A DNA stretch of 63,992 nt, filler included, from Reticulomyxa filosa (GCA_000512085.1; 19 parts of 19 records of this genome joined end to end with filler, not necessarily neighbours in it), one strand, 5' to 3'; shown: positions 12,351-24,645, counted from the whole stretch's first letter. The notes: a model not told the origin generated them from the letters alone. Program-made: numbers and translations.

Positions 12351-12773
12351 TAGGAATAATAACATCTTTAAATATTTGTTAGAGTAACATAATTGTTAAT
12401 TTTTTAAAAATTATAAAATTAATAAAAGTTCAAATTTTGAAAATTTAACAGAGATATAATAAAAAATTCCAATCATGTTTGAAGACCGATTTGTAAATAT
12501 TTTTAAAAGAACTTGGATTAAATGTTGTTTCTTCATTGAAAAATCAATTGTCTCAATAAAGATGTTTTGTCCGAAATTTTTTGTATTATACTAAAAGTGT
12601 GCCACAAATAAATTAGATTTCGTCAATCAAAGCAAATAAGAATCCAAAAGAAACACAAGAAGCTATTAAGAGAACTAGCGTTTAATATATTTAAATTTTT
12701 GTGGGACCCTTTGAAATTTCGTCTTAGCTTGTTTTGCGAGTGTTTTTTGGAGTAGTCAAGCTTTTTTGTTAGT

Positions 12774-13287
12774 ATGAGCCAAGACAAAGTTATTACCTCT
12801 TTGTACGATCAGATAGAATCTGTGGAACAGGATAAAGGCCTGGAGGGCATAAAAAATGCATTTGAGAAAATGCGAGACGATATAGCAGAATTTGAGGAAA
12901 TAAGAACTAGATTAAAGGACATATTAAAGCATAGCCGCTTGAAAGCGTCTGCAAAAGTCAGTGGTGAATTGGACCAAATGATGACAAAATTGATGGAATG
13001 GAAGCTTACATTTGTCAAGGAATTGAGGAATAGCTCGGTAGCCATAAATGGCTTGATGGCTTCGACAACGGATAAAAAAGAAGAAATAATGGCATTTCAA
13101 AAATGTATCAAAGATGTAACAGAAAAATCAGAGCAGAATCGTCAAACCATGAGAATAGTGTCATCGATCTGTGAATGGGTGAAAACAGAAAGAGAATCTT
13201 TGGAGAAAATAATAAATTCGTGGGAAATACTGCACCAAAAAGTAATGGAGTTACGTGCAGCTTACAAAGAAATTGCTGCTACATGTG
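12774..13287 (+). CDS. Helical/coiled-coil hypothetical protein, first exon (3' truncated)
   Basis: About 170 codons open from ATG in AT-rich DNA, with heptad-like composition. Confidence 0.6.
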
Positions 13288-13419
13288 GTCAGTTAACAAC
13301 AACTTTTTTTTTTTTTTTTNNNNNNNNNNNNNNNNNNNNNNNNNNNNNNNNNNNNNNNNNNNNTTAATTAATTAANNNNNNNNNNNNNNNNNNNNNNNNN
13401 NNNNNNNNNNNNNNNNNNN

Positions 13420-13456
<37 letters not shown>

Positions 13457-13491
13457 TTGTTGTTGTTGTTGTTATGTAATTGTTTGGAAAA

Positions 13492-14244
13492 GGCAATATG
13501 GGACCAGCCTCGGTAGCTTCAGACTACACTCCAATCGGCTGGCAAGTACAAAACCTTGTTTCTACGTTCACTCCTTCAAATGCAAGTGCAGATGCGATAC
13601 AGCGCTATTTGCAAGAGAGGTTTGCACTAAATGGTGGCAATGGCTCGCTGAACGGAACGTCCCCTTCGGGTGACATTCTCATGATTGGGTGGCATGACCA
13701 GGTCAACGATCCCTTGTCGTCCAATATGTTTGCTCTTGAAATGGACAGACTGCAAAACACTCCTCGCTTCCCAAACCAAACTTTGGAACTGCCTTTGAAC
13801 AACTTCATTGTCGCAGCCAATCATTTTCGTCTCTTGGGAGTCAATGTCACAGCCAATCAAAATTTCAATTCGCAAACTGTTTACGGGTTGAATGTTGCTG
13901 TTGAATATTGGAGGTACTTGTTTTTTTTTTTTTCTTTATGCTGTCACTTTTGTATATTCTTTCTACTTTTCGCCTACAATAGCTCATCATGGCGCTATAT
14001 CACTGGCGTCAATAAAGTCTTGTCTTTGAATCGCACACAACCTTGCATTGATGGACACAATGACATGATCTCCATGTTAAAAGCTGTCGCTCATGGGACA
14101 ACTGAACACTCGGTCATTGTTCATGTCACTTCACAAGACACTATTGAGTTTTGGCTAGCTGTCGCCGCTGTTGATGGACAACAATGGGATGCACCTTATC
14201 GTCCTTTTCACAAGTTCCTTTTTGATGATATATTCCAAGTGTAA
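13492..14244 (+). CDS. C-terminal part of an Ntn-hydrolase-like protein (C45/acid-ceramidase-like); intron 13914-13982
   Basis: Motifs FIVAANHF, SSWRY, TEHSVIV, FWLAVA and WDAPYRPFHKFLFDDIF resemble C45/Ntn beta-subunit C-termini. Several N-glycosylation sequons. Family assignment is by recall. Confidence 0.55.
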   Translation, partial: GNMGPASVASDYTPIGWQVQNLVSTFTPSNASADAIQRYLQERFALNGGNGSLNGTSPSGDILMIGWHDQVNDPLSSNMFALEMDRLQNTPRFPNQTLELPLNNFIVAANHFRLLGVNVTANQNFNSQTVYGLNVAVEYWRYLFFFFSLCCHFCIFFLLFAYNSSSWRYITGVNKVLSLNRTQPCIDGHNDMISMLKAVAHGTTEHSVIVHVTSQDTIEFWLAVAAVDGQQWDAPYRPFHKFLFDDIFQV

Positions 14245-14464
14245 ATTCCTTTTTTTTTTTTTTCCCTCAAGTCAACCTTACACTTCCTATCTATGCATAT
14301 AAACGTAATTTTTCTTCTTATAATCATTCACTGTCTTCTATCTTCAGTTACTCAAAGTATATAAATCTCAAAAAGTGCTTGTAAAAAAAAGGGTCATTTT
14401 TTTTTTTTACGTGCGCCTTTTTTTTTTTTTTTTTTAGGAAGAAAAACTCTTCTTTTGAAATGAA

Positions 14465-14918
14465 ATGACGAATAACTCCCCTCGTAATCATCGTGGTTTA
14501 AAAACATTAATAAACTTGCCTTTGGCTTCAGCAAAAGCAAATTCTCGCACGCGAGCGAATCATGTTACTACACGCAGCGTAATTTCTCCAAACGACATAG
14601 AAAAAAAATGGAATTGGTATTACAAAGACCCGCGAAATGAATGGCAAGTGGGTAGTCAAGTGAAAGTGTACAACAACAACCAGTGGCGCAAAGCGACAAT
14701 AAGGACAGTGAAAAAACAAGAAAGCGGAGGGAATGATGTATTTACCTGTGTACTCGAAGACGGGAAAACATCAGTGCGAGTGAATCGATGGGACATTTCC
14801 ATTCAGTCAGGTGATTTCCAAATGGAAGATCCTATCGCCACAGAGCCAATCAAAGGCAAAGAAAAAACAAGGCAAAGACAAAGATAAAGATAAAGATAAA
14901 AACAAGGAGGAGCATATG
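14465..14918 (+). CDS. Hypothetical protein N-terminus with Tudor/Agenet-like barrel (3' truncated)
   Basis: EWQVGSQVKVYNNNQWRKATIRTV...FTCVLEDGKTSVRVNRWDI. A probable homopolymer indel near 14860-14870 continues into KDKDKDK repeats. Confidence 0.5.
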
Positions 14919-15019
14919 NNNNNNNNNNNNNNNNNNNNNNNNNNNNNNNNNNNNNNNNNNNNTTAATTAATTAANNNNNNNNNNNNNNNNNNNNNNNNNN
15001 NNNNNNNNNNNNNNNNNNG

Positions 15020-18000
15020 CATGAAGGCCTGCGCACGTGGACATTAACTCAATGGAGCAGTGGGTCATTGCCTGGACCTCATATCCAAACATTATTGGAA
15101 CTGCTCTTGTCATCACGAAGCGTCATTCCAAAGGAAGAGAAAGTTGTGGACGAAAAAGAGCAGAAAAAAATACCAGAAAACATTTTAGAGGCTTTCACAA
15201 AGTTCAGAGATGGCCCATCGAAGTGCACGATGATCACTTTAATGTACGAGCAAGCTTTGACATCTCGTACCTTGGCAATTAAGCCTGATCCTCACAATCG
15301 ATACTTTGTGGATGATTTTGTTGCAGATGTATGTGTAAGAGGAGGAAAATGGTATTATGAATGCAAATTCAGTGGACAGTGCAGTTATGCTTGTGTCGGA
15401 TTTATCAATCGTAATTACAGAAAACGAAGTAACAATGGTATTGGCAATGACAACACGGGCAACGCATGGTGTGTGATTGGACCCAATACTACTTTTATGC
15501 ATCGTAATCGAACAGTTCAACCAATGCGTGGTGACAAGTCCGAATTTGTCCGACCAAATTGGATCGCTGGTGTAGTCATTGGTGTGAAATTGAACTTGGA
15601 TGACAAATACATTGAGTTTACATTTGATGGAGTATCCACTGGCAATGTATTTAGTGGAATTGAATGTGAAGACGGCTTGTTCCCATGTGTGTCATTGAAT
15701 CAGAATACACAATGTGTTATCAATTTGGGCAGTGAGGAATTTGCATTCCCCCCGAGCCCCACTGAAGGTTATGTACCTTTCGAGCATGCTGGTATCTTGT
15801 CTTCATCATGGCTGAAACGATACCAAGTCGCAAGCGATGTTACCATGCTTTTGACCAAACGTGTTCCTCTTCCTGATAATATTGTTGACAGTTCATTGGC
15901 AAGTGAAGCTTCATTGGAATACTCACAAAAGATGAGATTTGAGGTCGTAAAATCTAATGCTATACGAGGAGCAAGTGCAGACGTAATTTTACAAGACAAT
16001 CCAACAACTGCTTTCTCGATGAAACCAGACAACACGAACATTACATTCAAGGTGTCAGGACACGAACCTGTGGAATTTGTTCTCCGAAGTGTCGGTGTTC
16101 GCTGCCCTCCTTCTGTGACTTCGTTCAAGATATTTGTGTTTGTCGGAAACAATGATCCAGATTTCGATTCGTTTGAGTGGTGCAGACATTGGGACCAAAA
16201 GGCTTTTGATAGTTTCGAATCACGTAAACGAAACACCAGTTCAACTGTTCGAAAGCCACACGAACCTGTTGCATTTTTGGATGTGCCCGGAAGCGCTGGT
16301 CATGTCAAGATAAAACCACCAGTTTCTGGCAAATACGTAACATTGAAGTTGGTGGCTCGTGATACTGGAGGATTTGGTGGTTTCAGTATGGAGTATATTT
16401 CTTTTGATTGTATCCACGGTTCCCATCCCTTGGCAAATCTGATTGGAGATACTGACGAATCTGTAAAAAAACGCACAGAGATTGTGCATTCCTTGAAATC
16501 AGTAATTCAATCCAAGTGCAGCAATTGGACGTTGCCAATGGACGAAGCTTTGACAGAAATGTCTCAAATTGTAGCAACTCGTTTGGGTGTGGATGTGATC
16601 ACTTTGGATTCGGTTATGTTAACACCAAACAAAGATGATATGAGCCGATTCAAAAAATTGAAATCATCTCAAAATGAAGAAATGCAAGGAAGATTTGCAA
16701 TCATTAAATATTTGAACAAATTGGTGACTCCATTATTGCATTACATTGATGTTACGCTGTTTTCTGATGATGATGAAAATGGAAAAGGTAATGTTTCATT
16801 AACTTCCTTTGCTACATCTTTCTTATCCGCATTGGCTCGAAATCAGACGGCAACACCTAACCGTTCTATTACCTCATCCACGGATGAAAGCAAAAAAGAT
16901 TCAAAAGCCCCTCCACCCTCTTCGGCGATAGGCTTGGTTCCCTCGACATCGTTATCTTCTCAAATTCACACATTGAAAGGTTGTTATTTCATGAATACCA
17001 AAAAATCAGTGTTTGATACTTTGTTGGCAAGCTCTTGTACATTCAGTCAGCGAAATCAACCACGTATCAATGTGAACCGTATTAAGGCTGCTAGGGCCCG
17101 AGAAGCCAAGAATGACCCAAGCGGCTTGAAATCAATATTTGGGCAACTATTCACTCAACTGAAGAACACTAGATACAGTACATTCCGAGGCAGCTCAGGT
17201 CAACAACTTTGGAGTGTGCAATTTGCTGGCGAAGGGTCGATTGATGTTGGCGGTCCTTATCGAGAATCGTTAACCAATGCAATTAGTGATTTACAAAGTG
17301 ATTCTACTCCACTTTTTGTCCTTAGTCCCAACGGAAGAAATAGTGTGGGTTTGAACCGTGAAAAATGGATTCCAAATCCTTCTTGCACATCCTCCTTGTA
17401 TTTGAGCATGTACGAATTTGTTGGTGTATTAATGGGAATTGCCTTGCGCACCAAACAAACATTGGGCTTTGATTTACCGTCTATTGTTTGGAAGCAATTG
17501 TTGCCAGATGAGAAAGTGGACATTTCGGACTTGGAAGCAATTGATAAACTTTGTGTTCAAGCTTTGAATGAACTGGAGAAAATTGATGAAAAATCGTTCA
17601 ATTATGTTGTATACGAAAGATTTACTACTCAATTAAGTGATGGCACGGAAATTGAATTAAAGGAAAACGGAAAAAATATTGATGTTACTAAGAAAAACTT
17701 GTCCGAATTTGTGTCATTGGTTATCAAGAAGCGATTGAATGAATCTTCAGAACAAATGAAGTCAATCGCAAAAGGCTTGAACCAAGTGGTACCAGTACGA
17801 ATGTTGTCATTATTCAATTGGTATGATTTGGAAGTTTTGGTGTGTGGTAATCCGAACATTGACATTGAGGCATTGCGCAGACATACTGTTTACCAAGGTG
17901 GTCTTTCGTCATCTTCTGACGTTGTAAAATTCTTTTGGAAGACCCTCTATGCGTTTTCGCAAGAAGAAAGGCAGCTATTTTTGCGATTTGTGTGGGGAAG

Positions 18001-18241
18001 AAATCGATTACCCCCAACTGAACATGATTGGAACACTAACTTCACAATCAAGGCATTGAACGCTAGTGAAGAGTCTCTGCCAATTGCCCACACTTGTTTC
18101 TTCAGCATTGACTTACCGCCTTATTCATCATTTGAACTTTGTCGCGATAAATTACGATTTGCAATCCACAACTGTCAAGCAATTGACATCGATTTTAATC
18201 CTACATCATCATCATTGCAGGCATGGGTCGATGATTTTTGA
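15020..18241 (+). CDS. HECT E3 ubiquitin ligase with SPRY domain (HERC/HECTD-like), 5' truncated
   Basis: SPRY: GKWYYE, VIGVKLNLDD..IEFTFDG, LFPCVSL. HECT: VQFAGEGSIDVGGPYRES, FVGVLMGIALRT, FLRFVWGRNRLP and catalytic LPIAHTCFF. The frame is open from the contig start. Confidence 0.95.
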   Translation, partial: HEGLRTWTLTQWSSGSLPGPHIQTLLELLLSSRSVIPKEEKVVDEKEQKKIPENILEAFTKFRDGPSKCTMITLMYEQALTSRTLAIKPDPHNRYFVDDFVADVCVRGGKWYYECKFSGQCSYACVGFINRNYRKRSNNGIGNDNTGNAWCVIGPNTTFMHRNRTVQPMRGDKSEFVRPNWIAGVVIGVKLNLDDKYIEFTFDGVSTGNVFSGIECEDGLFPCVSLNQNTQCVINLGSEEFAFPPSPTEGYVPFEHAGILSSSWLKRYQVASDVTMLLTKRVPLPDNIVDSSLASEASLEYSQKMRFEVVKSNAIRGASADVILQDNPTTAFSMKPDNTNITFKVSGHEPVEFVLRSVGVRCPPSVTSFKIFVFVGNNDPDFDSFEWCRHWDQKAFDSFESRKRNTSSTVRKPHEPVAFLDVPGSAGHVKIKPPVSGKYVTLKLVARDTGGFGGFSMEYISFDCIHGSHPLANLIGDTDESVKKRTEIVHSLKSVIQSKCSNWTLPMDEALTEMSQIVATRLGVDVITLDSVMLTPNKDDMSRFKKLKSSQNEEMQGRFAIIKYLNKLVTPLLHYIDVTLFSDDDENGKGNVSLTSFATSFLSALARNQTATPNRSITSSTDESKKDSKAPPPSSAIGLVPSTSLSSQIHTLKGCYFMNTKKSVFDTLLASSCTFSQRNQPRINVNRIKAARAREAKNDPSGLKSIFGQLFTQLKNTRYSTFRGSSGQQLWSVQFAGEGSIDVGGPYRESLTNAISDLQSDSTPLFVLSPNGRNSVGLNREKWIPNPSCTSSLYLSMYEFVGVLMGIALRTKQTLGFDLPSIVWKQLLPDEKVDISDLEAIDKLCVQALNELEKIDEKSFNYVVYERFTTQLSDGTEIELKENGKNIDVTKKNLSEFVSLVIKKRLNESSEQMKSIAKGLNQVVPVRMLSLFNWYDLEVLVCGNPNIDIEALRRHTVYQGGLSSSSDVVKFFWKTLYAFSQEERQLFLRFVWGRNRLPPTEHDWNTNFTIKALNASEESLPIAHTCFFSIDLPPYSSFELCRDKLRFAIHNCQAIDIDFNPTSSSLQAWVDDF

Positions 18242-19300
18242 GAAAAAGGCGAAAAATTTTTAGTGGATGTTGAAACTTTGTGGTGTTGTTTTTTTTGTTG
18301 GTTTTTGTTTGTTCCCTTGTTGGGAATATTGAAAACATATTTGATTAGCTTGTCATTTGGACATGGAATCTCCAATTATTTGAACTTAAACTTCAATGCA
18401 AAAATAGATATCATTTTTCTTTATTTTTTTGTTCCTGATAAAACAAGGAAGGAATAGGGCAGATTTATGAATTTCCTTCCAGAAATCTTCGATTTAGAGA
18501 TTTTTGTTACTTGTTTTGTTTGTTTGAATAATTTTTTTTAGATGTCAATAAGATTGGCTGACTAAATTTGAACCTGAAACCAAAAACTGGAATAGTTTAG
18601 ATGTCCTACTGGTTTGCAGGCTAATATTGTTTTGAAAAAGAAAATAATAACCTAGTCCCCATTTTGTTGTAATTATAACTAAGAAATTCTCGGAAAAGAT
18701 ATTCTAATTTCATTCGAAAAGCATAAAAAAAACTTCGTGTTTTTTTAAAAAAATATTGTGAGCATGTTCACAATTGATTAAGCAAAAGGACTGTCTTATT
18801 AAAAAACTGCAAAATAGTTGAAAAAGGAGGTATTCAGCTACACCGTTAATAGTATAGTGTAGTATTTTTTTAATATTCGTTGCTATGCATTTATATCTGC
18901 ATTGGATTTAACTCCTTTTATGTTGTAATTTCCATTATCAAGCATCCACGTCAAATCAGTGGTCAAATCCAACTGCTTGTCATTTTTGTCTGTGGTTAGT
19001 CCATTGAGTACAGACATTGTATATCTCTTTACTTAGTGTAGGGCAAGTCCCTATTACGAGTATCTGAACGTCAAGGGAACGGAGGAATCTCCAGTAGGTT
19101 AAACTTCCTCAACAAACTTACTTCTTACTTTCTTGCTTTCCTTTACTTTCCTTTTGTTATCTTGTTTTATTATTTTAATTTTTTTCGTTTTATGAAATCA
19201 NNNNNNNNNNNNNNNNNNNNNNNNNNNNNNNNNNNNNNNNNNNNTTAATTAATTAANNNNNNNNNNNNNNNNNNNNNNNNNNNNNNNNNNNNNNNNNNNN

Positions 19301-21027
19301 TACTTCTCTTGTGTCGATGACTACGGAATTTTCAAGAAAAACCATCGCTACTTCCAATGACATTGAAAATGCTATGTTGAATATTGGTACAAAAGTGCAA
19401 CTCACACTCGTGTCTCCTTCTCTTACATCCACAATGCACAATTTTGATAAGGTAGTGGTTGATGTCTCCTGGCATTAACCTTCCTTTTTCTTTTCAACTT
19501 GGCATAAGATACTCAACAACACTGAAAATGTGACGATTGCACAAAAGTCAGAAACTGAGATCATTGCCACAAATCAACCTCAACAAATGGACACATTTTA
19601 TAATCGCTTACAAACAAGCCTGCCTCTAAACAAAAACAAAGATAGTGAAAGAAAAAATGATAGCACTTCCATTGATCCAATCGACAACATTGACAATAGG
19701 GCACAGAAGAAAAAAGTACATTTATTTTTTTTTTTGTAAAAAAAAAAGATTGAAGTGACGACGTTTTTTGCTGACTGTGTAAAATCTGGAAAAAAAATGG
19801 GGGTGCAACCCTTTAGGAAAAGCAGAAACGAGTAATGGGCAATCAGCAACGAATTAGTTGTTTGATTAAATATCACCATGTGGAAACGATACAATGGATT
19901 TGGCAACTGTCTATATCCACGTTCATGTGGACAAGAGACAAAAGGAGAAAGCGTGATTCACTATGTGATAGAATCGAAGGATGAGAATCTGATGGACTCG
20001 TTGCGACATGATTTGATTGTGGACAGTGGAATAAAAATGTAAGAGATTACAGTAGTGTGAATGTGTTAGCAAAAGATTTTGAGAAATTTACATAAATTAA
20101 TTGAGACAAATGTTTGCATTCACTTGGAACACACATGAATATCCAAAACATGGGCAATGTTTCGAATCGAAAGAATGTTCCTGGAAGTGGCAGTGATAAT
20201 GGGAGTGGTGGTGGTAATGATAGTAATAGTGATGATGGGAGCAGCGACATAACAATGCGTACCTTTCACGAAATGATGCACCGTCCCATTCAAATTACTC
20301 CGGATACCATTACATACTACAACAGCAACGGCAGTCGGCTTGTACTGCAAGACAGTCCTCCCCCGACTCAGACACGTCCGATTGATTTTTCCAAAAATAG
20401 AGAACTGGACATTGTGCAATTGAATTATTACCGATTGAAAATTTTAAAGACTGCATTTAAGTGAGTTATATTGGAACAAGGAAGGAAGTGAGAGAAAGGA
20501 AAAATCAACGGAAGTTACATTGCTGTTCTTGTATTGGCCCTGACAAAAGAAACAAAAAAGAAAACCCTGCTGCGTGGCTTCGAATTTTACGAAACTTTGT
20601 CGTTATTTTGCAAATGATTGAAACGTGAACATGCTACTTCAAATCCAAATGAAAATCAAGATAAACAAAATAAAAGAAAAAAACAAAAAATCCATGAAAA
20701 GGAAAGCAAAAAAAAAACAAAAAGAATAAAAACACTAATTTTCAATCATCAAACTCAAGACCCCCACTGATTGACGCAAGCCTGATATAGTTGTTCTATC
20801 GCTCAAACAACGGTGATGTTGCTCGCAAAGTGTTGGCAAATAATTGTCTGAAGTCAACAAAGGAGACATATGAAACCGAAATACTTGGTGATAGAGCTAT
20901 AAATCGACATGGAGCCACGGAAAGACAGTACCTAATTCACTGAGTTGGATATGATCCAATACACGATTCGTGGGAGCCAGAATCTAATCTTTAAAGTGAC
21001 GAATTATTGCAAAGTTACAAGCAATAG
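19301..21027 (+). pseudogene. Decayed gene ending in a chromodomain (20869-21027)
   Basis: YETEILGDRAINRHGATERQYLIH*VGYDPIHDSWEPESNL*SDELLQSYKQ* is a chromodomain with TGA at the conserved Trp (20941) and TAA at 20992. Upstream ORF pieces are broken by stops. Confidence 0.7.
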
Positions 21028-21449
21028 AAAAACATTAATGCATAACTCGATTCCATGCTTGTAAAAAAAAATATAAAACGACATCATACAATCGTTTTTG
21101 TGTATTGATAAAATCATGTCTGGAATTCTCTTTAAAAAAACGCACGAGCTTACAAAAAAAAATTCCTTGCTTTATTAGCTCATATTGATTTCTAAACAGA
21201 ATATTGATAAAGATTTCTTCCTTTAATACTACAATGTGTCTTTCAACATCTTATTTTGGATAGCCAAAAATGTTAATGAATTTGTGTTCAATTGGCTTAA
21301 CACTTGAGAAAAATGTTATACTATCAGAGAAAATAAATGAATCTTAGCTTTTGAATGTTCTAATAAAAATTTGAAAGGTTTTTAATAAATTATTTTAGTT
21401 AAGGAAAGAAAAATCTCAACTATATGCAATTTTACAAATAATTTTCCGT

Positions 21450-23070
21450 TAAATAATATCAAAACAAAGATTAATAAACGTCACCAATTGTAGTATTTCG
21501 AGTTAGGTACTCCATTCAGAAGTTTACTGGTCAAAAATGCAAATGCACTCGAGAAGAAATAGCATGTTAGAAATGTGATTTCTTATAGTGTATACCAGCT
21601 CAATATACTACATTCAAATAGAGCAAGTGACAAAATCCATATTACAAGGTTCAACTACCCAAAAATAATCTTATCAATACTAAGTGCAGTGGTGCCAACT
21701 TCGGATACAACGAAACTCCCAAGGGGTCATAACTTTCTTTTTTCAAAATGGGTTCAACACCAAACCATTTTTTGTGATAACATAGCCAAACCAGAAGAGT
21801 ACCACCAAGACAGCTGAAAGAAAAAATAAAAAGCTGCCATTATGCTATTTTTTCCTGCAACACTGTAATCGAAATATAGTTTGACGCCTACACTTGAACA
21901 GTGGCCCCATCACGATGCAGATTAATGCTATTACCACTTTCATTACTATTCGCATTTTCATAATATTGTTTGCTCTTTCTTGAAGTTCTTTGTTAATTTT
22001 CATGGGCCAAAGAACTTACACATCTTTTCAATTTCCAATCGCTAATATTACTGCCATTTTTGTTCATTGGCTGCACTGGATTCAGGCCCTACTTCTTCAT
22101 CCTCCTTTTCTTTTCTTTCTAGCCGTTGTCTTTGTCGTCTTCTTGTTCCTTTTGTTATACGTATTCTTCTTGTCATCTACTCCTACATGACGGCAAGATG
22201 ATACTACTCGAGGTCTTTTTTGCCGGAATAGAGTGGCTCTTTTGGAGTAAATTTTTTTTTTGCCACCAACTCTAAATAATAGAAATCATTAGTTCTTGTT
22301 GTCAATTTTTTCAAAGACACAAGTGAAACCAAATTGAATTTATCTGGATATTTTCGACTTTCTTTTACATTTAAAATATTCAGAAATTTTTTCACAATGA
22401 ATGTAATTTGATGAGAGAGATGAGCTGGAGGAACTTGGTTGTATTCTTTGAAGACCTATGTTATATATGTATGTATTCATCATACATGTTTCAATCACAT
22501 TATATGAAAACATTTATAACTTGGAATATGTTGAGTTCATAATCACGACAATAATCAGCTCACAACTTTCCTTTCAATCAATTATATGCACATTACAAGA
22601 CATGGACCTGCAGTTGTTTTTTTTTTTTTCAAACGTAATAATATAATCCATATTCGATTCAAGTCGCTGCTATCATTATTGCTATCATTAATAGCAACGT
22701 AAATAGTAACAACTTGACAATCTGCAATCCAAACTTCATGTAATGAATTTCCATTTCCACTTGCGCACCTTTCAATATCTATTCAAAAATGTCAAACAAC
22801 ACATACGACGCACATATAAATAAATAATCAATATACGTATAAAGATGTTTATGTACATACCAAAAAAAAACTTTTTCAAGTAATGGACCCAATAATGATT
22901 ATTTCATCGGGTAATAGGAAAGAAGACAGGCGCACAAACAATAATTCATTGGATTCTTGTGTCGAATGTGCGCTTTGATTTCAATGACACTTCTTCCATC
23001 AAGTCCTTACTTTTGCACAATTGAACGGACTTGAAGAAAACTTGTGTCATCGAAAAGCTCGTCCCCTAAG
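21450..23070 (-). pseudogene. Possible decayed multi-exon membrane-protein gene
   Basis: Hydrophobic reading segments such as IMAAFIFSFSCLGGTLLVWLCYHKKWFG and a charged stretch, interrupted by many stops. No family recognised. Confidence 0.3.
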
Positions 23071-23505
23071 AGCTACCAGCAATTTTTTTTTTTTTACAAA
23101 AAAAACATATGCAAAATATTTGTACAAGCAAAAACAAAGTTACATCATCCTATTTGAGCTCATTGATTTTTTAAAAAATTTTTTAAACTGAAAAATTCCT
23201 TGAAAAAAGTTTTACTCAGATTCTCTTTGCCTTTTTTCATGCACCCCCGTCTCTCTTTACTTTCTTATGCTGAAATGCACACACACACACACACACGTCC
23301 TTTTACAAACTCACTACTTTTGGGTAACAAAGGCTCTCAGGACTATTACTGCCTGATTACGATGACATAAAGTAATATTCGCTGACTTCCGTTTGGTTTG
23401 TTTGANNNNNNNNNNNNNNNNNNNNNNNNNNNNNNNNNNNNNNNNNNNNTTAATTAATTAANNNNNNNNNNNNNNNNNNNNNNNNNNNNNNNNNNNNNNN
23501 NNNNN

Positions 23506-23565
23506 ATGCGCCTGTCGAGAGGCGGTCCCCTCGACCTGGCGCAACGGAATCCAGTTCTTGGCCAT
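23506..23565 (-). CDS. hmgA: Homogentisate 1,2-dioxygenase N-terminus (bacterial, truncated); not in ORF track
   Basis: MAKNWIPLRQVEGTASRQAH lies 49 nt downstream of hppD and follows a GGAGGG Shine-Dalgarno. W...EG..SRQAH matches the N-terminus of Vibrio/Shewanella-type HmgA as recalled. Confidence 0.75.
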
Positions 23566-23569
23566 GGTT

Positions 23570-23575
23570 CCCTCC
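23570..23575 (-). promoter_or_regulatory. Shine-Dalgarno site for hmgA
   Basis: GGAGGG 4 nt upstream of the ATG at 23565. Confidence 0.7.
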
Positions 23576-23614
23576 GTCGTTCTTTCGTTTCGTTTATTCG
23601 TTTATTTCGTTCTT

Positions 23615-24544
23615 CTAAGCCTTCAGTACACCGCGGCGGATCTGGTCGAGTTCGATCGATTCGAACAGGGCGCGGAAGTTGCCCTCGCCGAAGCCTTCGT
23701 TGCCGCGGCGCTGGATGATCTCGAAAAAGATCGGGCCGATCACCGTCTGGGTGAATATCTGCAGCAGAAGACCGCCACCCTTGGTCGGCGCGCCGTCGAT
23801 CAGGATGCGGTCGGCGCACATCCGCTGGAGGTTCTCGCCGTGGCCCGGCAGGCGCGCGTCGACCTGCTCGTAATAGGTGTCCGGCACGTCCTGGAACGGC
23901 ACGCCCTTGAGCTTGAGTGACTCGACCGATTCGTAGATGTCGCCGGTGCCGAGCGCGATGTGCTGGATGCCCTCGCCGTGATAGGCCGACAGATATTCCT
24001 GAATCTGCGATTTGTCGTCGGAGCTTTCGTTGATCGGGATGCGGATCTTGCCGCACGGGCTGGTCATCGCCTTGGACTTGAGACCGGTGAGCTTGCCCTC
24101 GATGTCGAAGTAGCGAATCTCGCGGAAATTGAAGAGCCGCTCGTAGAAATCGGCCCATTCAGCCATCCGGCCGCGGTGCACGTTGTGCGTCAGATGGTCG
24201 ATATAGGTGAGTCCGACGCCCTTCGGATTGCGGTCGACACCCGGCAGATACTCGAAGTCGACGTCGTAGATCGAGCCGCGGTCGCCGTAGCGATCCACGA
24301 GATAGAGCAGCGAATCGCCGATGCCCTTGATCGCCGGGATGTTGAGTTCCATGGGGCCGACCTTGCCCTCGACGCCCCAGGCGCCCAGCGACAGCGCGCG
24401 CTTGTAGGCGGCACCCGCATTCTTCACCCGGAACGCGATGGCGCAGACGCTGGGGCCGTGCACCCTCGCGAAGCCCTGGGCGAAGCTCTCCTTCTCGCCG
24501 TTGATGATGAAATTCACGTCGCCCTGGCGATAGAGCGAGACGTC
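23615..24544 (-). CDS. hppD: 4-hydroxyphenylpyruvate dioxygenase (bacterial, 5' truncated)
   Basis: Fe ligands DHLTHNV, IQHIAL, FFEIIQR, and [24 protein letters not shown]-rich, intronless, proteobacterial-type sequence. Confidence 0.97.
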   Translation of the reverse strand, partial: DVSLYRQGDVNFIINGEKESFAQGFARVHGPSVCAIAFRVKNAGAAYKRALSLGAWGVEGKVGPMELNIPAIKGIGDSLLYLVDRYGDRGSIYDVDFEYLPGVDRNPKGVGLTYIDHLTHNVHRGRMAEWADFYERLFNFREIRYFDIEGKLTGLKSKAMTSPCGKIRIPINESSDDKSQIQEYLSAYHGEGIQHIALGTGDIYESVESLKLKGVPFQDVPDTYYEQVDARLPGHGENLQRMCADRILIDGAPTKGGGLLLQIFTQTVIGPIFFEIIQRRGNEGFGEGNFRALFESIELDQIRRGVLKA

Positions 24545-24645
24545 CNNNNNNNNNNNNNNNNNNNNNNNNNNNNNNNNNNNNNNNNNNNNTTAATTAATTA
24601 ANNNNNNNNNNNNNNNNNNNNNNNNNNNNNNNNNNNNNNNNNNNN

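Noticed and set aside
18880-19115. 44-aa minus-strand ORF (MSVLNGLTTDK...) and a GAGGAA/TTCCTC hairpin
   Set aside because: Too short and no recognisable family or RNA motif.
20941-20943. TGA at conserved Trp positions as evidence for a TGA=Trp genetic code
   Set aside because: Intact genes use TGG for Trp and end in TGA (HECT 18241, RGS 30308, FKBP 4898). The same relics also carry TAA/TAG stops and indels.
23454-24601. Long alternative-frame ORFs over hppD
   Set aside because: Shadow ORFs expected in high-GC DNA.
23406-24645. hppD as a horizontally transferred gene integrated among eukaryotic genes
   Set aside because: It is bounded by spacers on both sides, so there is no physical linkage to host DNA.
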